Origin: Calditrichaceae bacterium
GTDB lineage: Bacteria; Calditrichota; Calditrichia; Calditrichales; JBFXGD01
NCBI GenBank assembly: GCA_050173015.1
Contig: JBFXLE010000019.1
Location: 1 to 64,000, forward strand
DNA: 64,000 bases
Reading direction: 5' to 3'
Within the stretch, counting starts at the first letter, position 1, and each line of letters opens with the position of its first letter. Both the position numbers and the translations under genes were made by a program. The notes below the pieces were generated by a model. It was not told where the DNA came from. It saw only the letters and a program-made list of their open reading frames with translations, and made no database searches. Of the stretch, positions 20,317 to 31,500 are shown one piece after another.

Positions 20317-20757
20317 TTAGTGAGCGGCAGCCTGTGAAAGCATTTTGAGAATGGACTTGACGATATTTCTGTTATCTTCGTTAGGTATATATTCACGAAA
20401 ATATTGGATGGACTTTTGGTCATCGCAATATAAACTAAGCATACCTAAAATTAAATACTGATTTGGATTATAGGTGTTTTGGTTATTGAACTTAATTTCC
20501 CATTCATTAACAAGCCCGGGACACGGACAGTCATCCTGGTAAGGATCCGTATTGATGATGATAAACGGATCTTTTTTTAATAAATCATAAAAATATTTTA
20601 GCGCTTTTTCGATTTGGCCGACCTGAATATAGCAGATGATCAATTTTTTTATAATGCTGTCATTCTCTATCTGAACAGAAAGAGCATTTTCCAGCTCAGG
20701 AATTGCCCGGCTGAATTGATGAGCGATAAAATATCTGTTACCTAACATCTCTGACAT
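20317..20757 (-). CDS. Small TPR protein with DDCPCP motif
   Basis: TPR-like helices (KKLIICYIQVGQIEKAL), DDCPCP at ~20518-20535; AAGGGG SD. Confidence 0.75.
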   Translation of the reverse strand: MSEMLGNRYFIAHQFSRAIPELENALSVQIENDSIIKKLIICYIQVGQIEKALKYFYDLLKKDPFIIINTDPYQDDCPCPGLVNEWEIKFNNQNTYNPNQYLILGMLSLYCDDQKSIQYFREYIPNEDNRNIVKSILKMLSQAAAH

Positions 20758-20781
20758 GGTTTACCCCTTACATACGAGTAA

Positions 20782-20797
20782 AGCAATAATCATTCCA
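20782..20797 (-). promoter_or_regulatory. Sigma54 (-24/-12) promoter of the TPR gene
   Basis: TGGAATG-ATTA-TTGCT, exact GG-N10-GC spacing, 24 nt upstream of the ATG. Confidence 0.75.
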
Positions 20798-20848
20798 ATT
20801 GTATGCATGCATTAATTAGGGGGGGAATTTGAGAACACAGCAACATTA

Positions 20849-20866
20849 TGTTTCAACATTGAAACA
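20849..20866. promoter_or_regulatory. Palindromic candidate enhancer (UAS)
   Basis: TGTTTCAA-CA-TTGAAACA perfect 8-bp inverted repeat; related TGT...GAAACA site at ~20928-20943. Confidence 0.6.
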
Positions 20867-20945
20867 ACATAACGGATAATATATTATTTTTAATAGAGAT
20901 AGCCAATATTTACATTACAAAACAATTTGTTTTAACTGAAACAGG

Positions 20946-22283
20946 TTAATTCTCCACAAGTCCCAGGGCTTTCATTTTGCGCCAGAGAGTCGTCCTTCCA
21001 ACGTTCATTTCTTTCGCCACATGACTGCGATTCCAGTGATATTTTTCCAGAAGATTCTTAATAAGTATATATTCATCGGTCTGAGGGGAAAAACCGTTTC
21101 TGCTGCTTATACGGTCGTTACACGGCAATTCCAGTCTTACGTTCGGGGGCAATTTTGATGAATGTATGGTGGTATCTTTTGTTCTTGCAAAAGCATATTC
21201 AATAGTATTTTCCAGCTCCCGGACGTTACCCGGCCATTGGTAACTAATCAGAATATCCATCGCTTCGTCATCAATATCACGAATATTCTTTCCCGACAGC
21301 AGGGAGTATTTATTCATAAAATGCTGCACCAGATGCGGTATATCACTTCTTCTTTTCCTAAGAGGCGGAACTTCAATAGGTATCACATTTAAACGATAAT
21401 ACAAATCTTCTCTGAACTTGCCGTCCTTCAGTTCCCTTTCTATATCTTTATTAGTCGCCGCGATGACACGCACATTGACTTTTTTTGTAACCGATTCACC
21501 AACCCGTTCAAAGGTACCCTCCTGTAATACCCTAAGCAGTTGTACTTGCATTTGCAGAGGCATTTCAGCTATTTCATCCAGAAAAATGGTGCCTTTATCC
21601 GCCATTTCAAAACGGCCCACCCTGTCTTTCACCGCGTCGGTAAATGCGCCTTTTACATGACCAAACAATTCGCTGGCCAGCAGCTGGGGCGGAAGCACAC
21701 TGCAGTTTACTTTGATATATGGCTTATCATCCCTTCTTGACAATTTTTGTATAGCATTGGCAATCATTTCCTTACCCGTACCGGATTCTCCCAACACAAA
21801 AACGCTGGAATCTGAATCAGCTATTTCTTCGATAAGATTAAATATTTCGAGCATGGATTTATGCTGGCCGATTATTCCCTGAAACTGGTAATTAGTCATC
21901 AGGCTTTTCTGCAGGTTTTCCAGGTAGGACATATCACGGAAAGAAACAACTCCGCCAATCGGTTTTTGATTTTCGTCTTTCAATATCGTAGCGTTCAGCT
22001 TTACAGTAAGAATTCTGCCACTGGCATGCATCAGCGCGCCTTCTAAATCAAATATATCTTCGCCGGTTTCGAGCACTCTCCCGATGGGACATTCTTCCAT
22101 ACAACGCTTTGAGTTAAATACGTTTTTACAATAATCCCCGATAACGCTTTCACGGCGGATCCCCAGAATTTTTTCCGCGGCGAGATTTAAACTGTTGATA
22201 CGAAAGTCTTTGTCAACCGTAAACAGACCTTCCGCGAGTGAATCTAAAATGACCTGTGTGAAGTTTGAATCAGAAATACTCAT
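20946..22283 (-). CDS. PAS-domain sigma54 activator, OrpR-like (C-X8-C-X3-C in PAS)
   Basis: PAS with CKNVFNSKRCMEEC, GESGTGKE, GAFTDA, WPGNVREL, Fis-type HTH. Confidence 0.9.
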   Translation of the reverse strand: MSISDSNFTQVILDSLAEGLFTVDKDFRINSLNLAAEKILGIRRESVIGDYCKNVFNSKRCMEECPIGRVLETGEDIFDLEGALMHASGRILTVKLNATILKDENQKPIGGVVSFRDMSYLENLQKSLMTNYQFQGIIGQHKSMLEIFNLIEEIADSDSSVFVLGESGTGKEMIANAIQKLSRRDDKPYIKVNCSVLPPQLLASELFGHVKGAFTDAVKDRVGRFEMADKGTIFLDEIAEMPLQMQVQLLRVLQEGTFERVGESVTKKVNVRVIAATNKDIERELKDGKFREDLYYRLNVIPIEVPPLRKRRSDIPHLVQHFMNKYSLLSGKNIRDIDDEAMDILISYQWPGNVRELENTIEYAFARTKDTTIHSSKLPPNVRLELPCNDRISSRNGFSPQTDEYILIKNLLEKYHWNRSHVAKEMNVGRTTLWRKMKALGLVEN

Positions 22284-22294
22284 TTCCCCTGCCC

Positions 22295-22345
22295 CGTTCC
22301 ATACAATGAAACACTTATGAAAACAATTGTTTCAAAATAGCAACA
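22295..22345. promoter_or_regulatory. Two imperfect copies of the TGTTTCA-N4-TGAAACA motif upstream of the activator (possible autoregulation)
   Basis: CGTTCCATACAATGAAACA (22295-22313) and TGTTTCAAAATAGCAACA (22328-22345). Confidence 0.45.
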
Positions 22346-22401
22346 TTAGTAGTCAAAAGTCAAGTGAAATATTTCTTTTTATACGTATCCAGGTCATTTT
22401 T

Positions 22402-22716
22402 CTATTTTATGACAACCGCGGTTCCATACACAAGAATTTCAGCGGCATTTGCCATAATATATGAAGTGGAAATCCTTGTACCGACTACCGCGTTTGCTCC
22501 CATCTCTTGCGCCTGCTTCATCATTCTGTCCAAGGACTGGTCTCTTGATTCCGCCATTAATTTTGTGTATTCCTCAATCTCCCCCCCGATAATATTTTTG
22601 AATACCGCGATCACATCGCGGCCTATGTTTCTGGCGCGGATGGTATTGCCTCTCACTATGCCCAGCACGCTGACGATTTCTTTTCCCGGTATCTCATCGC
22701 TAGTCACACAAATCAT
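22402..22716 (-). CDS. YbjQ/UPF0145 family protein
   Basis: LGIVRGNTIRARNIGRD, GGEIEEYT, GANAVVG, YGTAV. Confidence 0.92.
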   Translation of the reverse strand: MICVTSDEIPGKEIVSVLGIVRGNTIRARNIGRDVIAVFKNIIGGEIEEYTKLMAESRDQSLDRMMKQAQEMGANAVVGTRISTSYIMANAAEILVYGTAVVIK

Positions 22717-23174
22717 CTCATGATCCTCCTGTAGATGTCCTTTTTTCTTGAGGTAATTTTTTCACGTATCACAGATACAATTAATATAATCATTCCGATA
22801 ACAAAAACGCCGATTCCTGTTTTGAGAAGCAGCGGGATTTGGGTATCATTAAAAAATTCACTCAACGCCTCATATGCGACAAATCCAAGAATCAGGACGG
22901 CGCCGATTGAAATAAGCAGCCAGCTTATTCCCCTTTCAATCCTGTTGTAAATCGTTTCCCAATAACCGTCCCAGTAGTCTTCGGGATATTTGATACTTTT
23001 CATGATTTCTGTCTCCTTCTTCAAGTTCGAAAAAGAATCATATTGCAGTTTACAGGAGCCGCAATTCTCCAGATGTGAGCGAACACTGACAATCTGCTCC
23101 TGATCCAATTCATCATCAATCAGTCCCATCAGCAAAGGCCTTATTTCTTCGCACGTCAGATTATTCTTCATCAC
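22713..23174 (-). CDS. Zinc-finger (zf-HC2) membrane anti-sigma factor
   Basis: CEEIRPLL...HLENCGSC (HxxxCxxC) plus two TM helices; overlaps the ECF sigma stop. Confidence 0.85.
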   Translation of the reverse strand: MMKNNLTCEEIRPLLMGLIDDELDQEQIVSVRSHLENCGSCKLQYDSFSNLKKETEIMKSIKYPEDYWDGYWETIYNRIERGISWLLISIGAVLILGFVAYEALSEFFNDTQIPLLLKTGIGVFVIGMIILIVSVIREKITSRKKDIYRRIMR

Positions 23175-23724
23175 TTAATAATCCTAAATTTTTTATTAGT
23201 TTTTTTCTCGCGTAATAAAGCCTGGACATCACACTGCCGATCGGGATCTCTAAAGTTTCCGCTATCTCCCGGTAGCCCATTTCCTGAAATTCTTTTAGAA
23301 TTACTATTTCTTTATCCCTTAGTTCAAGCATGTTAATCGCGCGCCAAAGGAGCTGTTTCTTTTCATTTTCTTCATAAATCCAATCCGGTTTATCCGCGTC
23401 GTTTGAAAAATTGGTGTCAATGATCGATCCATCGGCTGACCGGTTAATTCTGTTTACCATTTCTGACTTTTTAAGATAATTAATGCTCAGATTCTTTATG
23501 ATTTTATAAAGCCAGGTGTAAAAATTTTTTTCCGGATCCACTTTTTTCAGAGAACGGTAAGCGCGATAGAATGCTTCCTGGGAAATATCCATTGCTTCTT
23601 CAGAATTACCGGTCCAGGCAAGAGCAGCATGATAAGCGCGCACCTTGTATTTTTCAACAAGGAACCTGTAACTTTCTTTCAATCCTTTCTGACAAGCCAC
23701 AATGGCCTCCCGGTCTGTCGTCAT
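23161..23724 (-). CDS. ECF (sigma-70 group 4) sigma factor
   Basis: AMDISQEAF, FYTWLYKI, YREIAETLEIPIGSVMSRLYYARKKL. Confidence 0.92.
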   Translation of the reverse strand: MTTDREAIVACQKGLKESYRFLVEKYKVRAYHAALAWTGNSEEAMDISQEAFYRAYRSLKKVDPEKNFYTWLYKIIKNLSINYLKKSEMVNRINRSADGSIIDTNFSNDADKPDWIYEENEKKQLLWRAINMLELRDKEIVILKEFQEMGYREIAETLEIPIGSVMSRLYYARKKLIKNLGLLSDEE

Positions 23725-24063
23725 GAATCCCTTTCCGCGTTCTCAATTATATATACATTCGAATATCCGGTTTATTCAAAAAAAATAATTACCGGATCTG
23801 TTTCCTTTATCTCACAAGACAAGTTATTCTGTTTTCATTGCTGAATCGTCCGCAGTTTAAGACCGGCTGCCGATTTATTTACTGCTACCGGAGTTTGATC
23901 ACTGCTTTTGAAATGAAATTTTAAGTTTTATTGTTGATAAATCTTATTATATTTTAATAATCAAAATTTCTTTAAATATTTTGGTTATAATATCGTTACA
24001 ATTGCAGGATTTCTCAATCATACAAAAATTAACCTGGAAAATTTATAAAAACGGAGTATTGTC

Positions 24064-24837
24064 ATGACATCACTAAAAAATAAAATTGTACTTATTACAG
24101 GAGCCACAAGCGGAATCGGCGAAGCCTGCGCGCGCGCCTTCGCAAAGGAAGGAAGCAATCTGATCCTCACCGGGCGTCGTAAGGAAAGGCTTGAGAAACT
24201 CTCAACAGAGTTAAAGAAAAATCATAATGTAAACTGCTTTCCGCTCTCATTTGACATCAGAGACAAATCAAAGGTATCTGAAAAGCTTTCCTCACTACCG
24301 GATGAATGGCAGTCAATCGATATTCTGGTCAATAATGCCGGACTCGCGAGAGGAGTAAACAAGGTATTCGAGATAGCGGCAGACGATTACGATGAGGTGA
24401 TCGATACAAATATTAAGGGGTTGCTATACGTCACCAGGGCTGTAGTTCCGGGTATGATAAAACGAAATAAAGGGCATGTGGTTAATCTTGGCTCCATTGC
24501 CGGTCACGAAGTTTATCCCGGAGGGAATGTGTACTGCGCCACAAAACACGCGGTTGACGCTCTTACGAAAGCTTTGCGTATCGAACTGGTTGAAACGCCC
24601 ATCCGGGTATCAACCGTTGATCCGGGTCTGGTTGAAACAGAATTCAGTATGGTGCGGTTCCGTGGTGATAAAGACAAAGCCGAGTCCGTTTACAAAAATC
24701 TGACACCACTCAACGGTGATGATATTGCCGATGTCATCATATTTATCACATCACGTCCCGCGCATGTACAGATTGCTGAAGTCATTGTTTTCCCGACGGA
24801 TCAGGCTTCGGCGAGTGTTGTGCACAGAAATTCTTAG
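24064..24837 (+). CDS. SDR-family oxidoreductase (YdfG-like)
   Basis: TGATSGIG, NNAG, YCATK, DPGLVETEFS. Confidence 0.9.
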   Translation: MTSLKNKIVLITGATSGIGEACARAFAKEGSNLILTGRRKERLEKLSTELKKNHNVNCFPLSFDIRDKSKVSEKLSSLPDEWQSIDILVNNAGLARGVNKVFEIAADDYDEVIDTNIKGLLYVTRAVVPGMIKRNKGHVVNLGSIAGHEVYPGGNVYCATKHAVDALTKALRIELVETPIRVSTVDPGLVETEFSMVRFRGDKDKAESVYKNLTPLNGDDIADVIIFITSRPAHVQIAEVIVFPTDQASASVVHRNS

Positions 24838-24887
24838 CGCGGCAACCAGAGAAATAATAGCTTGAACTTATTTTTGCTTATATGTAA

Positions 24888-26222
<1,335 letters not shown>

Positions 26223-26231
26223 TATTAATCA

Positions 26232-26261
26232 GCCCGGCTTCAAATCAACCGGAAGCCGGGC
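26232..26261 (+). terminator. GC-rich hairpin after eno (terminator or stabilising stem; weak U tract)
   Basis: GCCCGGCTTC-N10-GAAGCCGGGC. Confidence 0.55.
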
Positions 26262-26276
26262 AATTTATAGAAGTAT

Positions 26277-26612
26277 ATGAAAAAAAACATTAAAAGAGTC
26301 ACTTCCCGACGTAAAACGGGAAAGCAAAAATTCGGTTCTGTGAACAGGAAATGGATATTTGGACTAGTCCTGGTCGGTCTCATTTATTTCTATTTCCTGC
26401 ACGGTTCCCGGGGCACCATAGAATTTTATCGTAATTACCGGGCAAAACAGGAACTTATGAATGAAATTGACGCATTGAAACAAAAGAAAGAAGAACTGCT
26501 GATCGAGAAAGCAAAATTGAATAATGATTCAGAGTATATCGAAAAAATAGCGCGTGAAAAATACAAGATGAAAAAAAAGGATGAAAAAGTATATCAGATT
26601 ATAGTAAAGTAG
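26277..26612 (+). CDS. ftsB: Septum formation initiator (FtsB/DivIC family)
   Basis: TM helix, coiled coil, YIEKIAREKYKM; the eno-ftsB gene order is conserved. Confidence 0.8.
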   Translation: MKKNIKRVTSRRKTGKQKFGSVNRKWIFGLVLVGLIYFYFLHGSRGTIEFYRNYRAKQELMNEIDALKQKKEELLIEKAKLNNDSEYIEKIAREKYKMKKKDEKVYQIIVK

Positions 26613-26658
26613 TCTTAATTGTCGATCCTTTAAACGCCATTTACAAATAACGAATAAA

Positions 26659-28434
26659 TTGCATAGAACATCCTCAGTTTTATCAAAAAGCCGGAAATTA
26701 CTTCTTCCGATACTATTTCTGACTCAGTTTTTATATGCCCAGACCGGTGACATCCCCATTCCTGAATGGACAACTGAATTCTCAAAGCAGAATACCACAT
26801 GGAATTGGTTTGGCAAACTAAATTTATCGAACCCTGAAAAGAGCCTTTGGGAATGGAATGTCAGCGAATCATTTAACAGCAATCTGCTAATCCCGTCCGA
26901 AGGTAAAAAGCAATGGAAAGACGAGCATAAATTCGATGGATTTTATTATTACCCATTATCAGAACTAGATCTTGGAATTTACGGTAAAAGCTGGATCCAG
27001 AGTGACCGTCAGGTTTCCAGTGACAACCGGTTTGAAAATCATATTATCGGAGTGACCGCAAAGTTCGATAAAACACCCGGCTTCTCAATCAAGCCCTATT
27101 CAGGCTATCAGCAGTCTGTCAATCGTTCCAACACCGACTGGGGCTGGGATGCCGGTGTTCAGGGCACTTTGAACAATTATGAGCTTGGCGACTACCGGGC
27201 CAATCTGCAATTTGATTCGGATTATGACTTTTATAAATCACGTCAGAACTTTGAGAATCAGATCGGAATGCAGGTGGCGACCAGATTCAATAATTTCACC
27301 AGTGATTCTCTTAGCCTTTCATACAGTGAAACGAGCAAACAATATTACGGCGCCACTTCTTCTGATTTACTTCATCTAACGCTCTATAACCGCAGCATCG
27401 ATAATCGTCTTGTGTACCGGTTATCATCGGGAAATCTGATCACTTTGGACACAAAGATTTTTTCAAAAAACATCTCAAGTGTAAGCAGCCGCGACGTGTT
27501 GCAATTTGAGAACCGGATCCGATTTTATCGCATCGGCCGTAAACTATCTTATAATTTATCCTTGTGGACGAACGATGAAACACAGGACAACACCGGTATC
27601 CGAACCGACAGCCGGACCCGTCAGACGGCGGTGGGTTTGCAAAGCTCTTATAAAATCGATCAGAACAACCATTTCAGCATTGACTTCGATTATGTTAAAT
27701 TACAATACGACACGCCTGATTCCGTCAATAATAATGACGACCGGGACGAACAGCGCTTTGTGATCCATCTTAATTACACACACCGGTTCAGCCCTCTGCT
27801 CGAAATGCGCTGGCAGGCTTATACCTATCTCTATCATCAGATTTATATTTTCAGGGAACAGAGCGCGAACAATAACTGGAACCGGGTCTTTCGTTTGAAT
27901 CCTCAGGTTATTTATAAATACAATAACACCACCAACACACTAAGTACCAGTGTTCAGGCAAACTATACCGTTTATGATTTCGATCCGAAATCTGAACAGA
28001 TAAGAAGCTATATTTTTAGAAAGTACACCATTTCTGATTCACTGATTACGCCTTTTTACAAAAAATTGAATATTGGTATTCATTCCCGACTCGAACTGGA
28101 AGAAAAAGGCAGCTTTTTTAAGGATGAGTTCGCGCAAAATAAAATTCAGTCACACCGATCCCAGTTTTTAAATATTTTTCTCTACCATGAGAAAATATTT
28201 CAGATGCGCGTAACCGCTGGATATTCGCTTTACGCCAGACAGGAGTGGAGACATGTCCCGGTGAAAAAAAAAGTCAGGGATATTATCAATCAGGGACCCT
28301 ATCTGACATTGCTGTATCATCACTCGGAAAGACTTGATTTTTCGGCATATGCCGCCTTATCAACGCTTGATGACTCACAATCCGCAAAGACAAGTTACAG
28401 TACCGGACAAATCAAATTATATTACAATTTCTAA
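26659..28434 (+). CDS. Hypothetical outer-membrane beta-barrel protein
   Basis: Signal peptide, alternating amphipathic strands, C-terminal IKLYYNF. Confidence 0.65.
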   Translation: MHRTSSVLSKSRKLLLPILFLTQFLYAQTGDIPIPEWTTEFSKQNTTWNWFGKLNLSNPEKSLWEWNVSESFNSNLLIPSEGKKQWKDEHKFDGFYYYPLSELDLGIYGKSWIQSDRQVSSDNRFENHIIGVTAKFDKTPGFSIKPYSGYQQSVNRSNTDWGWDAGVQGTLNNYELGDYRANLQFDSDYDFYKSRQNFENQIGMQVATRFNNFTSDSLSLSYSETSKQYYGATSSDLLHLTLYNRSIDNRLVYRLSSGNLITLDTKIFSKNISSVSSRDVLQFENRIRFYRIGRKLSYNLSLWTNDETQDNTGIRTDSRTRQTAVGLQSSYKIDQNNHFSIDFDYVKLQYDTPDSVNNNDDRDEQRFVIHLNYTHRFSPLLEMRWQAYTYLYHQIYIFREQSANNNWNRVFRLNPQVIYKYNNTTNTLSTSVQANYTVYDFDPKSEQIRSYIFRKYTISDSLITPFYKKLNIGIHSRLELEEKGSFFKDEFAQNKIQSHRSQFLNIFLYHEKIFQMRVTAGYSLYARQEWRHVPVKKKVRDIINQGPYLTLLYHHSERLDFSAYAALSTLDDSQSAKTSYSTGQIKLYYNF

Positions 28435-28596
28435 ACCATACTGATGATCATTTCAGGAACAACTCTTGAATGATTCATGTTGTATCTGAAATAATATGTT
28501 GAATTTTCCGGACATCCGGAGATGACTGAGAATTTAGAGTTGATAAAAAACGGTGTCTGAAGTAAATTTTCTATTTTATCAGCTGGGAGTAAATGA

Positions 28597-31500
28597 ATGA
28601 CAAAATTCAAACAGGCAAGCGTATTATTTTTTTTGATCTCTGTTTTTAGTATCAAAAACTTGCTCGCCGGCAGCATGGCCTATCCTGATTTCAGAATCAT
28701 TGAAAGCACACAGCAATCAATGATTCTTGAGTGGGTACCGGGAAATTTTAACATTGATACGCTGATAACCGATTCGGGAACATGGCATTCCGTCTCATTT
28801 GATCAGGGTGACTATGGAATGACGCCGGGATCGCCCGATCTCCCCCAGAGAAGAATTACAGTCGGAATACCTGTCTCGGGCTACGCGACCGTTGAGATCA
28901 TGCATCTGGAATCATCAACTTTCCAGGGAATCAATATGATTCCTGTTCCAAGAATTTATAAAGACAGCCGCGGTATCAATGTTCATGATCGCAATTACAA
29001 AGGTGAAAGTTATAAGTCCAACCAGGCATTTCCGGATGAAATTATACAGCTGCAGGAACCCGCGAAATTCAGGGACAGTGATATTCAAAACATATCGATC
29101 GTTCCATTCCGGTACCAGGCGGCTCAGAATTCACTAACTTTCATTAATAAGATCCGCCTGAAAATTGTATATCACGGTTCTGTGAATTTGCTTGGAAGCG
29201 CTTCGGGAAGAAGCGCGATTGATGCGGTTTACGACCAGCTTCTGATAAATTTTGATATTGCCCGAAACTGGCGCCAGGCTGTCGTAAAAAAGCTCGGAAA
29301 AGCCGCTGTAATGCCCACCGGTCCGTTTTACCGCATGACCGTTGAAGCCGACGGGTTGTATAAAATTACCGCGTCAACATTAACTAATGCCGGTATAAAT
29401 ATCAGCGGCCTCAGCACTGCCTCAATTCAGATGTTCAACAATGGAGGACATACACTTAATTACCGCACCGACAGCTCCGAAAACAATCACCCGTTTACAC
29501 AGGAAATCCCTATACTCGTCTTCGACCAGAATCAAAATGGCCTGTTTGACAGCGATGATTATTTGTTGTTTTACGGAAAAAGCCTGAACAGCTGGTTCTA
29601 TAGCTCCGGTTCCAATGATTTTAGATACCAGAACCATCCCTATGCAAAGGTCAACTATTACTGGCTCAGCGCGTCCGGAACAAACGGCCTGAGAATGGAG
29701 CAACAAGTTCTGACCGATCAGCCCAACGCGGTTGAATCATCATTTTATTATGAGCGGTTTCATTTCGAAGAAGATAAATATAATCTTCTCGCGTCCGGCC
29801 CGGACTGGTACGGATTTCGTTTTTTTGGAAAATCGGCGGGTTATACCAATAACTTCTCAATCGACCCGGTAACTACTGCCGGAGCGATTCCATTTTTCAG
29901 GATCCAGCTAAAAGGAGGCTCCGGAATCAAATACGGAGATGATCTCGATCCGGATTACCGATATGAATTTACGGTTTTGGTCAACAATTTTATATTATTA
30001 AACAAAGTCGGTTTTACCAAACAGTCCCGCCGGAGTTATGAAACAATCATCACGGATCAATCATGGCTGAAAAGCGGGAATAACACGCTCTCTGTTCAGT
30101 ATTCCGGCAATTATGACGGCTGTAATGCCTACCTTGATTGGTACGAGTTTTATTATCCTAAAAATTTTTCTGTTACTGAGAACCAGCTTAATTTTTACAC
30201 ACATATCACAAATCAGCCTGTCAGATACAAGCTCAGCAATTTCACACAAACCAGTGGGATTTATGCCTTTGACGTCACGGATCCGGTTTCTCCAAAATTG
30301 ATACTTAACAACACCGTTCCTCAGGGTGGCGAGGTGCAATTTGATCTGCCCGCCTCCGCGAAGACGCAAAATATTCTTGTCAGCAATCTTACATCCGCCA
30401 AAATCAGACCAATTACGTCTCTAACTAAATTTACGCCATCTGATAATCTTTTAAGTTCACTCAATCAGGCGGATTTTCTTATCATTACGGATAAATCGTT
30501 TTTGCCGTACGCTGAAGAAATATCGGAACTCAGACAACATCTTACGAGCAAAACTGTTTCAACCGAGGATATCTTCTTCTATTTTAACAGCGGAGTATCA
30601 GATCCGACAGCCATCCGGAATTTTATCCGTTACGCGTATTATAACTGGAGCGGCGCGCAACCTTCGTTTGTGCTCTTGTTCGGCGACGGTCACTATGATT
30701 ACAGGAATATATCGTTATCCGACTCAAACCGTGTGATCCCTTTTGAAATTTATAATGACCACGAAATTGACAGCCGGACTTCTGACAATTATTACGTCGA
30801 TGTCAATTACGCGTCAAATGACCGGTTTGATTACATCACGCCGGATCTGGCAATCGGACGGTTACCCGTGGAAACCCATACCGATGCTGAACGTATGATC
30901 GAAAAATTGAAAAATTACGAACGCGATATGGAGCGTGACGGATGGCAAACTGTCGCGACTTTTGTTGCGGATGATGAACTCACCACTCAATCCACGGGTG
31001 AATGGATCCATCAGTCTCAAACCGAAAACCTGGCCACTCTTCCTGAATTATCACGATTTAACATCAAAAAAGTTTACTTATCGGCCTATCCTTCCGTTCC
31101 CGGAGGATTATACCGGATTAAACCGCAGGCCAATCAGGCGATCATTGATTATATGAATCAGGGCACCCTGCTCATCAACTATGTGGGACACGGATCTCCC
31201 GAAGTTTGGGCCCATGAAGATGTATTCAACATGGGACGTGACCTGAACAGGATCAACAATGAAGACAGGCTCACCTTTTTGATCGCGGCAACCTGCGATT
31301 TCGGGAAATATGACGATCCCCATGAACCCAGCTTTTCGGAAGCGCTGATCTGGAAAAAAAACAGCGGCGCTATCGGTGTACTCGCTTCGACGCGACTCGT
31401 CTATTCAGGCCAGAATGCGGCTTTTAATGAAAGATTTTATAAGTTTTTATTTCCGAATAGTCAGCCATCCGTTGAATTAGGGATTGCCAAACTACTCGCC

